From NCBI GenBank assembly GCA_963514005.1, contig OY740808.1:13950001-14014000 (forward strand): a stretch of DNA of 64,000 nucleotides, written 5' to 3'. Made by a program: the position numbers and the translations under genes. The notes under the pieces were generated by a model that saw only the letters and a list, made by a program, of their open reading frames with translations, searched no databases and was not told the origin of the DNA. Source of the DNA: Raja brachyura (taxonomy: Eukaryota). Of the stretch, positions 46,226-61,053 are shown in pieces (the stretch's first letter is position 1; every line of letters starts with the position of its first letter).

Positions 46226-47339
46226 ACTTTCTCGCACAATCCTAGGGCTTTTTGTTTAGCCCTATGTTTTCATTGATAAGGGTATATTTTGAGGGTATAT
46301 TTTAAAATCACCTGCATCAGGTGGAGTTCAAAGAATGGTAACATGGATTATCTAGAGATTTAGGATTCTTCATTGTGAAAGAAAGTATCTTGAAGCCCCA
46401 ACATTTAATGTAAGGGAACAATAGACCTAGAGGAAACATCATAAACAAGAAAATGTTGATCACAGAATACAGAACATGCTCATTAAAATAACAAGTCATA
46501 AGCAAAATTAGGAATCATAAAATATATATGTCCCAAACACATGTTCAGATTCCAATCAAAAACTGCAAATGTTTCCTTCAATATTTGATCAATTTTAAAA
46601 GGAGCCATATTTATTTCTAAAGTATATCATGATCAAAATGGTCACAGATGATCAAGCAATATTCATGTAACAATGATTGCTATCCTGCTGGAATAATGGT
46701 TGGGATCATCCTTGTGGAAATGGTATTCTAATTGGAATGGAACTTTCACTACCATTATTTCATTCCTGTAGCTCCTGTCTAATTTTGTAAACAGGATGGA
46801 TTGCTCGCAGATTTCCTGCCACCATTGATTTCATTTCCATACTATGGTCCTACCTTGAAACTCAAGCAGTCCTCCAACAGAACAGGAACATAATAGTAGT
46901 GTATCATACCAGTAGCCCTTAGCCAGATGGAAGGATATTAGAGGGAGAGAAGATTTTTGAAGAACACAGAATCATGATAATTGCTTTCTTAGGCCTACCA
47001 TGAATTTCTGTATATAATATCAGTGCGGACCATCTTACTTTCCTTCATCCCCTTCTCCAGTTGCTCCTGCCATCCAGGGTCCAGTTCTCCTGAAGCGTTC
47101 CAATACCTTTTCCTTTCTCTTCCCAGCCTCCACAATAATCTGTAGTTTACTTGAATTCATTTGCTAGCTCTCCTGTACAGAGTCAGAAATGGGGAGGCTT
47201 TTCATTGCACAATGTGTGCAAAACCTGATGTATCCTGCCTTGTCAATATGCCTGTGAGGATTTTGCTTCTGGGTAAGCTAGTAGCATGCACATGAGTAGC
47301 ATGCACAGTGCTCCCACCACCAAGAATTGAAGAATTATG

Positions 47340-49029
47340 TAGCCCATTGTATTCACAAGATGTTTATTTGTGACCTTTTATTTGCTACTTTAACCAATTT
47401 TGTGTGTATCCATTTTTATTCGATATTCTTTTTACTGGTTTGAAAAGCTGATTAAAAATGCCTCCTGGCATTCTTTCTATAAGATTTTTAATTGCTTAGC
47501 CAGCATGGTGACATCACAGCTGAGGGGTGCCTGAAACCTTCTCGAATTAGAGCAGCAGGTGGCAGAAAGGAGAAACATTTCCCACAAAAATTTTGCGAGG
47601 ATCTTTATTCCAGGTGAATAGGAAGTATCATTGCATTATTTGGCAGAAGAGTACAATGCACAGAGCCCGTTACACTGTGCATTTATTGCCCATGACTCAG
47701 AAGAAAATGGGTATCAGTTTATTTTCTTAAACTGATGGGTCCTTTGTTCTGCCTGTTTATCTTGTAAACAGGATGACAAATATAATCCAGAGTGTTTTTC
47801 AATAAATGAACCATTTCATGCTCGGATATTGTTTTTAGTTAAATATTACACATTAATATCAAGAAATAAAACCCGTTTTTAAGTTTTTAGAGACAAAATT
47901 AGCAAAGTAAATCACCTTCACAATGATGGTTTTCACACATATTCTCACTAATAACATAATTCATTTTATTTCATTTAGTTAAAGTGAGCAGTGTTTAAAA
48001 TTTGTCTCAAAGCCCTTAACTGAAGGTTCACATACTAGATGTTGTTTGCTTTTTTTCATGTTAGTGTGTACTTTACATTTTCTAATGTATTTACATACTT
48101 CTGTCATGTGAATTTTGCATGGAAAAAATGAGAGAAAAATCAATGCAGTATGCAGAGCATTTCACTTTCAGTTACAAAAGTGTTTTTCAGTGATCAAAAG
48201 GTTGTCATTGTCACAGAAACCCACACAGCAAGTTGAGACAGGTCATGGTAGTGTCAATATACTTTACAGATTAGCAAAACTTACTTATATATATTTTTAG
48301 TGGTTCTTAATTTCCTCCATTTTCTAGCCCAAAAGTTTGTTAGAGCACAGCAGTTTCCAAGTTGTTCTTTTCGCTCTTCCCTGTAGAATGTCTGTACTGG
48401 ATTATGGAACTGGATCGATAAGACATTTTAATTATAGTACGACCAGTGCGATGTAAACTCAGTATCAGTTGTTTGAAGAGTGGTGTGTAGTTCGGAACTA
48501 AAATGGAGGACGAAACATTTCACATATCAATTATATCAAGTAAATTAAATGTTTAATTTCTTTTTTTCTTTAAAATCTTTTGTTGTATTATTTCTTATTT
48601 CCAAGGAGTCAAATAATATGTGACCCCTTTTTTAACCGAACATGAGGAAAAGAACTGTTGCCTGTGTTTACGTTGACTAGTTTTCTTCGACCTGCACACA
48701 TCTAACTTGGATTTTGATTTTGTAGATTGCATGTATGATGTCAGGAATGGCAGAGAGCAAATAAACTATAGCTCAGTCTTATCACATAAAAATGAGAGGC
48801 TATCTCAAAGATCACAGTGTTTCTCATGATTCCATACTGGAACTCATGATACTGGATTGCAAATCACCAGAACAAGTCAGTGCAATAGTCAGACCTTATC
48901 CAGTTATCTTCACTGTGGTAATTTTCCTTGTCATCTTTTACTGCCAAATCTAGCATTTTTCCTGTTTAAATTTATTGTTGACCTTCTGCATCCTGAATGG
49001 ATTCTGTTCAGTATTAGATAGACCATTGC
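47340..49029 (-). other. GNAZ: Probable GNAZ 3' UTR (end uncertain)
   Basis: AT-rich stretch downstream of the stop with no recognisable repeats. Minus-strand AATAAA candidates include 48971-48976, 47965-47970, 47682-47687 and 47363-47368. Confidence 0.55.
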
Positions 49030-49494
<465 letters not shown>

Positions 49495-50631
49495 TCAGAT
49501 ACAAAATAGGTAATACCCAGCAGTTCAGCAGCAACCTTTCAGTTAAATAAAGTGTAATCAAAACTAGGAATAATTAGAGAATAAAATTGCTTTAAGAAGT
49601 AGAAAAAGGATGAGGAGGATAAAATAAAATGATAAGCTGTGTTATAGTGTGGAAGGCTGAGTAATTTAAATTCCAAACATTGATAGTGCACAGCAAAAGA
49701 AGGTGATGATTATATTAAAAAATATGATAGGTAGGTAGAGAAGAGGCTAAGAATAGATGAAGGAGAATTATTTCCCACAAGTTCTGAAGAAAAATACATT
49801 GAATGCTGGAAACCTAAACTCAAAATGTGGAAATGCTAATTGAATGAAGTTGTTATAGTTAGCGTTGAGGCTGCAATGTGCCCAATCAGAAGGCCATTTA
49901 TGTGCCCTTGGAAGCAAAGTTCCTTGGCTTTAAGTAGAGGAGGCTAGGAGTGAAGGAGCTGAAGTAGCAGCTGACTGAAAACTCTTGTTCATGTAGAGTC
50001 TGAGTGGCAGGGTTTCACAAATTAGTCAATCAATTTGCAACTGGTTTCCCCAACATATAGTAGACCATTTGTGAGCTGCAAGTACAATGAAAAAAAAACA
50101 TAGAACATCGTAAAATGCCGCACATTTATTTGTAAATGAACATTAAATGGTGGTCGTGCCATGCAGTTGACATTCTGCATATATATTTAATACCATGTGT
50201 TCATCATATCAGCATAAATAATAATCCTAATAGTAACATAATTGCCAGAAATGTTCTGCAAAGTGGGAACTTCTTGTCTTGAAATCACGTTCCCCATTGC
50301 CATGATTTGGGGACCTTGCAACATTTACCACTTTATGTCAGTATTTCTCAACAGATTTTACTGAGCAAATAATATGTCGGGTTCAGAATCTAGCTATTAG
50401 GAATCTAGCTATTTCTGTAAAAAAATACTGAATTAAGTTTCAACTCATTGTTTTGTATGTTTAACATAAATCGATCTTGTGCAATGGTTCAGTAATATGA
50501 ATGAGTTTTTAAAAAGTCGATCAGAAATTTGATCAAATCGCACTGTACCATGCACGTACAGTTTGATTTTTCCTCAAGCGAAACATGTGAATAATCATTC
50601 TTAGATTTTCAATCACTGCAGAAATTTCATA

Positions 50632-51420
50632 ATTGGTTTATTATTGTCACGCATAAGTGATACAGTGGAAAAAATTGTTTTGCGTGAGCTCCAGATAAAT
50701 CATACCAGAGACGAGTTCAATCAATAATACAAAAGAGAAAATAAACAGACTGCAGAAGATATCGTTACAGCTACAGAAAAAATGCAGATAAAAAATGCAA
50801 AGGCCACAACAAGGTAGATTGGAAGATTGAGAATTCACCTTTAGCATATGAGAGGTCCATTCAATAATCTGATAACAGCAGAGAAGCTGTTCTTGAATTT
50901 GGTGGTACATGCTTTGAATATTCTATAACCGCTGATTGAGGGGAGAAGAGATAATGGCCAGGGTATGAGTGGTCCATGATTATATCGGCTGTTTTCCTCA
51001 GGCAGTTCGAAGTATAGATGGAGCCAGTGGGAGGAGGATGGTTTGTGTGAAGGATGGACTGCATTCAGAACACTGCAATTCCTTGTGGTCTGTGATGCAT
51101 TTGGATAGGATGCTTTCTATGGTGCATCAGTAGAAATTGGCAAGGAGTCATTGGAGATTTGCCGAAATTCTTTAGCCTTTTGGGGAAATAGGTGTTGATG
51201 CGCTTTTTTTGGCTGTAGTCATGGTTGGAGCAAGCCAAATTGTTGATAATGATTAAATCTAGGAACTTGAAACCCTTGTCTATCACCACTTCAGCACCAT
51301 TGATACAGACTTTGGTATGTACTTCCTGCTTGCTGAAGTCGATGACTAGCTTTTTCATTTTTCTGACATTGAGGGAAACATTGATTTTTTCATTCTTTGC
51401 TACAACTCTATTTCCTGATT
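50632..51420 (-). mobile_element. Rex1/Babar-like LINE 3' fragment
   Basis: SLNVRKMKKLVIDFSK...GFKFLDLII, SIYTSNCLRKTADIIMDHSYPGHYLFS and a tail gtgacaataataaa. Confidence 0.8.
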
Positions 51421-51647
51421 GTATTCCATCTAGTAATTGTTTCAGATTCGGCCTCCACTCCATGCCAAGTGGCTTGTCCAGTTTATTATTGCTCTGTTTA
51501 AACTGAGAAATATTGGTACAACTGGGCAGCTTGCAAGCCCATTTAATTGTAAACCACATTCAGTAGAGTCACATGGAGATAAAGGTAAGGGTAAACAGAT
51601 AGCTCCCCCTGAAAAAAACATCCCTGAACTAGTTAGTTCATGAATCC

Positions 51648-52271
51648 TATCGTTTAAGAGGGAACTGCAGAGGCTGGAAAATCGAATGTAGACAAAAATG
51701 CTGGAGAAACTCAGCTGGTGAGGCAAAGGAAATGGGCAACGTTTCGGGTTGAAACCCTTCTTCAGACTGATGTGAGGATGGGGGGGGGGATGGGAGGAAT
51801 AAAGGAAGAGGTGGAGCCGACGCTGAGGGAGAGCTGAGAAGGGGAGGAGAAATAAGGAATACCTGAAATTAGAAAAGTCAATGTTCATACTGCTGGGATG
51901 CAAACTGCCCAAGCGAAATATGAGGTGCTGCTCCTCCAATTTACGGTGGTCCTCACTCTGGCCATGGAGGAGGCCCAGGACAGAAAGGTCGGATTCGGAA
52001 TGGGAGAGGGAGTTGAAGTGCTGAGCCACCGGGAGATCAGGTTAGTAATTGCGAACCGAGCGGAGGTGTTCGGCGAAGCGATCGCCAAGCCTACGCTTGG
52101 TCTCTCCGATGTAGAGCAACTGACATCTAGAGCAGCGGAATCAATAGATGAGGTTGGAGGAGGTGTGAGTGAACCTCTGCCGCACCTGGAAAGACGCGAA
52201 ACGTTGCCTATTTCCTTCGCTCCATAGATGCTGCTTCACCCGCTGAGTTTCTCCAGCATTTTTGTCTACCC
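51648..52271 (-). mobile_element. Truncated Penelope-like element with inverted pseudo-LTR piece and 10-bp TSD
   Basis: GIY-YIG C-terminus (AQHFNSLSHSESDLSVLGLLHGQSEDHRKLEEQHLIFRLGSLHP). Hammerhead core at 51738-51765. Inverted 3' UTR copy at about 52197-52271. TCATGAATCC at 51638-51647 and 52272-52281. Confidence 0.9.
51738..51765 (-). ncRNA. Minimal hammerhead ribozyme motif (Penelope type)
   Basis: Minus strand reads CTGAAGA-A-GGGTT-TC-AACCC-GAAAC-GTT. Confidence 0.65.
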
Positions 52272-53489
52272 TCATGAATCCATTCATTCTTTTACTGTCA
52301 TCAATTCTAAGGCTAGTTGTTATTTTCCAAATGCCAGATTATAGGCCAAATTTTGATTCCACAAATATCATGGTGGCTTCTTAACTTTGATCCCTGGATT
52401 GTTCATCCAAGTGTCTGAATTATTGCAAATTAACTGTTGTACCACAACTGTTGTCTGTTTGGTTCACAGTTACCATTGCTAACTTTAGTATTTCTGTTCA
52501 GTTTTATTTTAATTAACTGAATGCTAATTAACACAATGGTATGCAGAGACGCTTGAATCCATAATTCTGAATTGTCGGGCCAGGTCGCAGGATTGAAGTC
52601 TAGTTGCATTATCACATTGCTTTTATACTCATCAATGGTATTGGAGAAAACTAAGTGAAAATAGATTGTGTTGGCAAATGATCCATCTCAGTCAGATACA
52701 TTCATATCGGAATTCAGATCTCTGCACTAAAGAATCATGATCACTTAACAAATTGCCAAACAATGCTTCATCCTTTATCCAAGTCAAACTAAAAGAAATA
52801 CTATTCCCAAGTCAAATACAGTCAAATGCAATTGCTCAACATTCAGTTCAAGGGTTTTGCTTAAAATATTAAATCCGTGATCAATGAACTAGTTGGAGAC
52901 CTTTTGCAGCTCTAACTGTTTAAATTGACAAATACAACCCAGAATATTCCAAGTGTATTTGATTTGAGTAATAAAGCAATCCAGACTGATACATCATTTG
53001 AATTCAGAACTCAACCAGTTATGCAGGGAATGTACCCAAAACAATTGTCTTCAATGAAATCCATCACTGTGAATATTATTCATAATCTGCTTCAGAGTCT
53101 CAACGCAGAATAAAGTCAAATTGACCAGCATTGATGTTGAAAGATTTTTCTGACATTTTATATTGTTACAATTTTGAGGTTGATTTATGGTCAGAATTTA
53201 AAAAGCATAATTTATCTTTCACATGAGTATGTTATTTATATATTTTCTTTTTTGCTAAAATGCAGTGTTGAAGTAAAACCTATCAAACAGCCACACCACA
53301 TAAAAGACTTTTCACATAAGCATTAAGGAAAGTATTTGAGAGAATATATTACAGTATCTAGCAGCTACTCAGACTGAATTACGTAAGCAAACTCTTGGTA
53401 ATATAAATCACATATTAGGCGGAGCAACTACTAACAAGCACTATAATTGGTTAGTAGGAAGTAACCAATCTATAGCCCGTTCTCTGGAT

Positions 53490-53668
53490 AGTGTCAAGAG
53501 AGAGTTAGATAAGGCTCTTAAAGATAGAGGAGTCAGGGGATATGGATGGAAGGCAGGAACGGGGTACTGATTGGGGATGATCAGCCATGATTACATTGAA
53601 TGGCGGTGCTGGCTCGAAGGGCCAAATGGCCTACTCCTGCACCTATTGTCTAGTTTCTATTGTCTATT
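53490..53668 (+). mobile_element. CR1 LINE 3' end
   Basis: gatcagccatgattacattgaatggcggtgctggctcgaagggccaaatggcctactcctgcacct and a (tattgtc)n tail. Confidence 0.85.
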
Positions 53669-53776
53669 TAGATTCAGAACTGGCTTACTGATAGAAGACA
53701 AAGGTGTTACTCTGGCTGGAGATCTATGACTAGTGATGTCCTCCAGGATTCAGTAGTGCTGGACGTCTGTTGTTTG

Positions 53777-53778
<2 letters not shown>

Positions 53779-53834
<56 letters not shown>
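53779..53834. repeat. (AT)n microsatellite
   Basis: About 28 uninterrupted AT units. Confidence 0.97.
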
Positions 53835-53836
<2 letters not shown>

Positions 53837-55324
53837 CTTGGATAAAAATAAAAAGGTAGAAATATTAATTCCAATCAAATCACTGGTGTACACAATTCTG
53901 TTACAGAAGACTTATCAGTTCAAATAAATCTTTTCATTGTCTGACCTTCATTGACAGAGAGAAGGTCATTGTTTACCTTCTAAGAAGCTCTGCCTGTGTT
54001 GTTAAGAAGTTAATTAAAAACCTCAGCAGGAATAATCCACCTTCTGCATTTGTGCAAGAAAGGTGGTACATAAACATTTACACGGTGAACAAACAATATA
54101 TATTGCAAAGATGTTCCAAACAACAAACTATTAAGCTCCAATGGTTAAGGAAGTAATACAAAATGATTTTGTGGTCATTCTATTACTAAAATATTGAAAT
54201 TATATACAATGTAATGTTTATAGAATTCAATATTTAATTATCTAATTAAAGGAAGTAATGCTGCAAGTAATTATTTTGTGAGGGAATATTGAATTATCAG
54301 ATGTTTTGCATGAAACAGCTTGAATTACAGTAAATTAAACTATAAAATATAATAGGTTTCAATGTTACAGAATTAAAAATCAGGTATCTGTATAATATAC
54401 TTTTTAATCCAATTTTCACAAGTTAAAATCCTTGATCACAGTTACATTGTTTTAAATATGTTTATCAATATATTAACCGTATTTCATGTCTAGCGATGAT
54501 GAGGGATGGTGCTAAGTGATTTTTTTTACCAACTTCCTCCAAGGACATGGGTGATACTCGCATCCTCAGTTATCTTAAGGACATTTAGTGAAAAATTAAT
54601 GTCATTAGTGCCCAGCTTTTGTGTGCTCTGAGATTTCGAAAATGACATCACACAACCAAGCATATTTGAACATTTCCCCTGCCATTTTTACCTCGTTAGT
54701 AAGAGCTTGGCATGTATTATTAAGAATAGCCCCTGTAAGCATGCAGATTCATCAAATTGTGATATAAATTAACGTGCAACCTCCATTAGTAGGAAAAGGC
54801 CAAAGGTTTACAGAATAATCCAGTACATAAAAGTTTCCGTTTTTGGTTGTTTCTTCTAGTTGTCACAATAGCTCTTCAGATGGTGGGTACTTTCTATAGT
54901 TATTCTTAATTGGAAAACTCTACAGCTACTGTTGTGGCAGGAGTAAAGATTTTTCATAAACTAGAAGTATTGAGATTGCATTAGTAGAAATTCCCCATAA
55001 AATATAGAATAACAGGGAGAATGTGCAGGGGACACACAAAGCCAGACAATCTGTCTGAAGAAACAATTAGAGGGGAACAAGGGCACCGAGAAGCAGACTG
55101 TGTTCGTTCAGATGCTAGGGACACACCGTTTGAGTTATTTGCACTTCAAAAGACTTCTATAAAAATATATAGTACAGAAACAGGTCACCAAGTCCACATC
55201 AACCACCCATTTATACTAACCGTACATTAATCCTACTTTTATTCTCCTGACAATCTCATCAACTACCTGCTGATTCTTCTACTCGGGTATATATGTGGAC
55301 AATTTAGAATGGTAAATCAACCAA

Positions 55325-55450
55325 AAATGGTCCCGACACGAAACGTCACCTATCCAAATTCTCCAGAGATGCTGTCTGACCCATTGAGTTACTCCAGCAC
55401 TTTGTATCTTTTTTTGCAAACCTGCATCTGCAGTTCTTTGTCTCTACATC
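55325..55450 (+). mobile_element. Penelope-derived 3' UTR fragment
   Basis: cgaaacgtcacctatcc...ctgacccattgagttactccagcac...gcatctgcagttc. Confidence 0.75.
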
Positions 55451-56789
55451 TCTAATCTACCAACCTGGGCAGAGATGTCCCCTCAAACTTGTCAAACAAC
55501 AGCCTAACATAGTCCTATTTACAGGATTATCCCTTACAGACAATTTATTGAACTCCTTCTTCAAGGTAAATGGATATATCTTGTCATTTGCGTTGGTGTA
55601 CAGGTGAGAGGATGTACCCTGGCAGTCTTGAATATCAACTCAATATCACATAAAGTTTCATGGCAGCAGGTCAATTTCTTATGGCATCAGTTCAAACATA
55701 ACAATCTATAGTGGATCCCCGAGCTGATAAATCAGGGCAAGTAGCAAGAACATATAATATGCCATGGGTGGGGGAACCACAGTATCCATTACCAAGAGTG
55801 GCTTGATAGAACTAGCGCTGGTTGAGTACAGAAGGTCATAGTGCCAAACAGAGTCTGTGGCAAGTAGTGGATGAACCAATATGAGAGGTAGACCTGAACC
55901 ATGCCAATTTACTAAGAATGACATTGGTAGAATTGACAACCCCACACAACAGCTTGTGAAGACAAAGTCCCATCTTCAAACCCAGGGAAAGGAAATTGTT
56001 CAATGATTGAATGATAATTTATTGAACCATATCCAATGGTAATGGATACTGTGGTCCCCCCACCCAAGGCACATTATATGTCCTTACTACTTTCAGTGCT
56101 TCTTCAAAATGTTGTTTAACACAGAGGTACCCTGAATTATCAGCTGAGGGATCCACAATAGGTTTGTTTGTTTCCGATGTGCTAATATGGGTGCCGAACA
56201 GATGGGGCAACTTGAAACTGATCCATGAGGCACTGTAGATCATCAACAGTGGCAGAGCACACTTCACCAACATGTATCCTCATGATCTGGCACATCCCAT
56301 GTGCTACCATTAATGTCAGGTCAGGGGTTCAACTCTGTTTGACTGAGTGGTGCAAAAAAACATGCTGGAAGCACCGCTGGGCATATCTAAAATGATGAGG
56401 TCCCACCTGGTAAAGTCGCAACTCGTGAAGGGCTACATACAAGCTAAATAAATAAAACGTCCACAGTTTAGTCTTTGCACTGCCTTTCGTATTGAGAGGT
56501 TTTCCTATCTGTCTGTGGAAAATAAATAGCTTTACTGTTTTTGCTTGCTTTTCTAAAATCTAGCTGCTGAAGTGGATGATCAGCCATGATCATTTTGAAT
56601 GGTAGAGCAAGTACAAAGGTCCACATGGCATTTGTCTCCTTTTATTTTCCATATTTCTACTAATTCAGAGCCAGTTAACCATTATGTTGACCCTGTGGGT
56701 TGTATTTTTCAAGTATTATTATTGTGAATGTTTTTTAAGGAACAATTTTTTTGTTTTTTGTTTGAACACAAACAAACATTTTACTTTAA

Positions 56790-57146
56790 TAGTGTCATAG
56801 AGTGATACAGTGTGGAAACAGGCCCCTCAGCCCAACTTGCCCACATCGGCCAACATGTCCCAGCTACACTAGCCCCACCTGCCTGTGTTTGGTCCATATC
56901 CCTCCAAATATGTCCTATCCATGTACCTGTCTAACTGTAGGACAGAACTACAGATGCTGGTTTAAATCGAAGATGGACACAAAATGCTGGAGTAACTCAG
57001 CAGGACAGGCAGAATCTCTGGAGAGAAGGAATGGGTGACGTTTTGGAGTCTGAAGAACGGCCTTGACCCGAAACGTCACCCATTTCTTGTCTCCAGAATT
57101 TCTGCCTGTCCCACTGAGTTACTCCAGAATTTTGTGTCTACCTTCA
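56790..57146. mobile_element. CR1 3' end (minus, 56790-56938) followed by a palindromic Penelope-derived mini-element (56940-57146)
   Basis: CR1 tail tcatagagtgatacagtgtggaaacaggccc. Inverted arms gacacaaaatgctggagtaactcag and ctgagttactccagaattttgtgtc flank ctgaagaacggccttgacccgaaacgtc. Confidence 0.8.
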
Positions 57147-58159
57147 GGCACCAAATGTTATGTATGGAAGTTATGATGAAGAATCTTTAACTGAAAGCAT
57201 TGAGTGTGTTTCTTTCCACAAATGGTGCTTACCCTTCTAAATATTTCCAACATTTTCTGTTTATGTATTTGTAATCGTGTCATTTTGTTTTAACATCAAG
57301 CAAAATAAAAATTAAAAAAACAACTGAAATAAAAATAAGCAATTCATTTATTAGGAGCAGATAGAAAAATAAATCTGTGCCATTATTTTTTTACAATCCA
57401 ACTGGTTTATCCAAATGAAACAGAATTTTGAAGAGGAATATAAAGCTCTTAAAAGGGAAATTACCCAATCTGGTGTCCATTTGTGTAAAAAGGCACATTT
57501 AGTACATAGTGCCCTGTGGGATTTCAGCATCTTATCGACTGAGATTTGCCCTAATACCCATAATGTCCCATTTTAACTTTATCCTCTCATATCTTTTTAC
57601 CCATTAGTATAAATGAGAGGATTTAAAAAAATGCACCTGCCATTTTGTTATCTCCACACATTGATATTAATCACGCTGATGAACACTCTGAATGCAGTCA
57701 GTCACTCACTTTCACGTAAAATAAGTGAATGAAGATGTTACGGAACATTACAAGCTGTCTAACCATCTTTCTTTTCATTACTGTTTTCTGCTCATGTATT
57801 GCGCATCAAAAATCAAACTACAACGACATTTTTTATTCTTCAATGTTCTGAAAATCACATTAAAGTGTTATCAGTTTTGTGTGAAAGCTCCAGGAGTAAA
57901 ATTCTATTTCACACAATGCCCGTAGTAATGTGTGCAATAGAACTGATCTTGTACAAATTGTACAAAGAAAGATGTTTCCTCCACTAGCTTCTGAACAAAT
58001 TTGCTAGGCCATAGGTCTTAGAGGCTTGGGTCTGCTATTGGGGAGAGAGTGTGAGGTGGCAAAGCAAGCATTAGAGGAAAGGACTATTGAAATGATGGAG
58101 CATGTGTACTTGGATGTGTTTGACCTGTAATCTGGTGGTAAAGGTAGTGGTGGTGCAGA

Positions 58160-58920
58160 ATAAACATAAAGGAAATAGGAACATGAGTTGGCTATCTGGC
58201 CTATCAAACCAGGCTTACCACTGTGATCATTTTAGGCCTTAACTAACGTTGTATGCCAGCTTCATCTAACCTTCAATTCCCTGATCTTTCAAAATTTGAT
58301 CAACCTCTTCTTGAAATGCTTCCAGTTGTGTAGCTTCCAAAACCCTTCAGCAGGAGAATTCCAGAGATTCCCCAACCTGTATGGGTAAAAATTCCATGAC
58401 TAACTCCTTATCTTGTAATTATGACACTTCATTGAAGATCAGTGCTTTGTTTGTGAAGGTACACAATGATTGCACTTTTGGTACACTAGCACTTTTAAAA
58501 ATGTTATAGATTTTATACATTTTAGTTATTAGTTTGTTAAATTAGGTTGATTGGTCACAAAATCAAAACAGAAGAAGGGGGTATATTGATGGAAAACTAT
58601 AGTTGATAAATGTAGCTTAATTATTAATTGATACGCGTACTGGCACTATTTTGTCTACAAAAAAGATGTGTTCAAGACTGTCCCACTAGTCCCACACATC
58701 TACCCTGTCATGTTCCTTTAGTATTTTACACATTTCAATGAAATCACCTTTTTTTCCAAACTCCCCAAAATACCCATCTAACGTTGATTGGACCAACCTT
58801 TTCATTCCTAGAAATTAGCTGAATGAATCTCTTCTGGACTACCTCCAATGCTAATATATCCATTCTTAAAATAACAGGCCTAAAACTGTGCACAGCATTG
58901 CCAGCTGTGTCACTGTGCAT
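58160..58920 (-). mobile_element. Old CR1 LINE fragments
   Basis: MDILALEVVQKRFIQLI in ORF 58744..58962, and a CR1-type tail near 58165-58240. Confidence 0.65.
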
Positions 58921-60182
58921 TTGGGGTTGGAGGCTCAAAGCCCTATTGAGAGACTTGAACACATCAGGGTGAACAATTTAGTACTATCTTGAGGAAGTAC
59001 GGCATTGGGCAATCAGCTGTGTATTGAATGAGATATTATATTGGATCATTATCTTCTAATGTCGACATAAAGTTCTATGGTATTGAATAGGGCTAGAATT
59101 TTGCATGGCAATGAATGAATATTTATCCTTCAACTAGTGCAAGAAAGAATCTTGTTTCCCTTTGAGGTTTTTTTTGCTCTGCATTATGGATACTGCACTT
59201 CATACATATAATAGTAAGTACATTTCAAGTATTTAAGTGGATGTAAAGTGCTTCAGGGCACATCTAAGGTAGTGCAAAATGCTTTTATAAATGCAACATA
59301 CTTTTTGTAATTCAGAAAATCAGGAAGTTCAGAATAAATGGTATAAACTGTAGTGCGAGTAGAAATTCCAACTAAAATGTAATACAACACATGTATCACA
59401 AATATAAGTTTTTTTACAGAATGAAGTGGAAGTGGTGAATAATTTGAACAGGAAAATGTATTTATCACTATAGAACATTAGCGAACTAACTTTATTTTAA
59501 GGGTTGCAGAATGTGACACACCGGCTTTACTTGTTTGCTTCCATAAAATTCTAGTAATTTTAAAATTTGCTCATTTTAATTAATTAGAATAATTGTTATT
59601 ACCTTAATTATACCTATTGAATTAATACAAATGCATAGGCATCCTATTTGCAATTATTGCAGAGAATAACATTTTCAGCAGTATTTAAGGCAAGAAAATT
59701 TGAATTTATTTCAAGGTTCATCTACATTTGATCATAAATTAATCAGTCAATTGTAATATTCACTAACTTATTTGCAGCTTGGAAGCATGGCAAGAACCGG
59801 ATAAACGTCAATGACAAAGTTGTATTCTTCCACAATTCAGCAACCAGTGTAATAAATGAAAAATTACATTCTGCTTTTGCTGGTTTGCATACCTAATTTG
59901 GTTCAACACAGTCTTGCATTGACTTCATGGATTATCTGAAGTGGTTTTATGTAGAATTTGATTGTCACCTAAAGGAGAATCATACCATTCATCTTATTTC
60001 TCATTTAGTAATTGTAACCCACCCTGTAGGTTTGGAGTGGCTAAATGGTTAAATTTAGCTCAGAAAACCTGTGCTAACTTTCCAACTGTCTCTGCTTTAA
60101 TCAACCCTAATCCAGTCTGAAGCGTCATTTCCCATGTGCAGTTTGTGTATTTCTGACCTTTAAACCAATGACTAAATATTAT

Positions 60183-60315
60183 GTGTCGGAAGGAACTGCA
60201 GATGCTGGTTTATACCGAAGATAGACACAAAATGCTGGAGTGACGCAGAGGGCCAAGCATCATCTCTGGAGAAAAAGATCAGGTTATTGTTTCGGTCATA
60301 ACCCTTCTACAGACC
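60183..60315 (-). mobile_element. Penelope-derived 3' UTR fragment
   Basis: ggaaggaactgcagatgctggttt...gacacaaaatgctggagtgac. Confidence 0.75.
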
Positions 60316-60654
60316 TATAACTAAATATTACACTGTCTAAAGGCTTCCTGTGTCATGATAGAAAATGTAATCAGGGAAATAATTGTTTTAAACTTGTATT
60401 TGGTGCACAAAAAAAGTCAAAATGCTTTTCAAAAGGAAAGACTTTGAATCAGGCTCTAATTTTCTTCTTTATCTCCACATTGTGTTTGCAACCTACTATT
60501 GGAATGCAAATTAAGCACAGGATTTAAAAGAGCCTTGGTCTCAAATTGACAGATAAGAAGAGTGGGGAGAGATTAGTAGTTGATATTTGTCCTGTGCCTT
60601 TACTCCCTCAAAAACGGACTCCTCTTGTGGCATATTTTTTAATGAGAAAGTTAT

Positions 60655-60777
60655 CTTAGATACATAGATACATAGACAATAGGTGCAGGAGTAGGCCTTT
60701 CGAGCCAGCACCGCCATTCAATGTGATCATGACTGACCATCCACAATCTGTATCCCGTTCCTGCCTTCTCCCCATAT
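60655..60777 (-). mobile_element. CR1 LINE 3' end
   Basis: (tagataca)n tail and aggtgcaggagtaggcc...cgagccagcaccgccattcaatgtgatcatg. Confidence 0.8.
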
Positions 60778-61053
60778 TGAAGGACTTATTTTCCTCGATG
60801 TAAAACATAAATAGCCAAGTACTTATTTCTAGGGTAGAGTACTGTTTTGGGGCTTAGAGTTAATCATGGTCTAGCACCACATTCATTACACTGCCAAGCC
60901 TAAGCTTGATGTGCCTTTAATAATTGATGGTATAGTATTGATTCATTGAGAGCACTATGTTATTGCAAAAAACAGTGAGCTTACTTAGCAGTCTGGTTCT
61001 CTGCAAAGGTTTCAGCCGTGTGATTAAATGTCATATACCAGGTAGGTCTAACT

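Noticed and set aside
55540-56460. Moderately GC-rich segment with short ORFs (also about 62060-62260)
   Set aside because: Looks like a decayed non-LTR retroelement (for example NILGITFDRKL at about 62080), but is too diverged to assign or treat as a gene.
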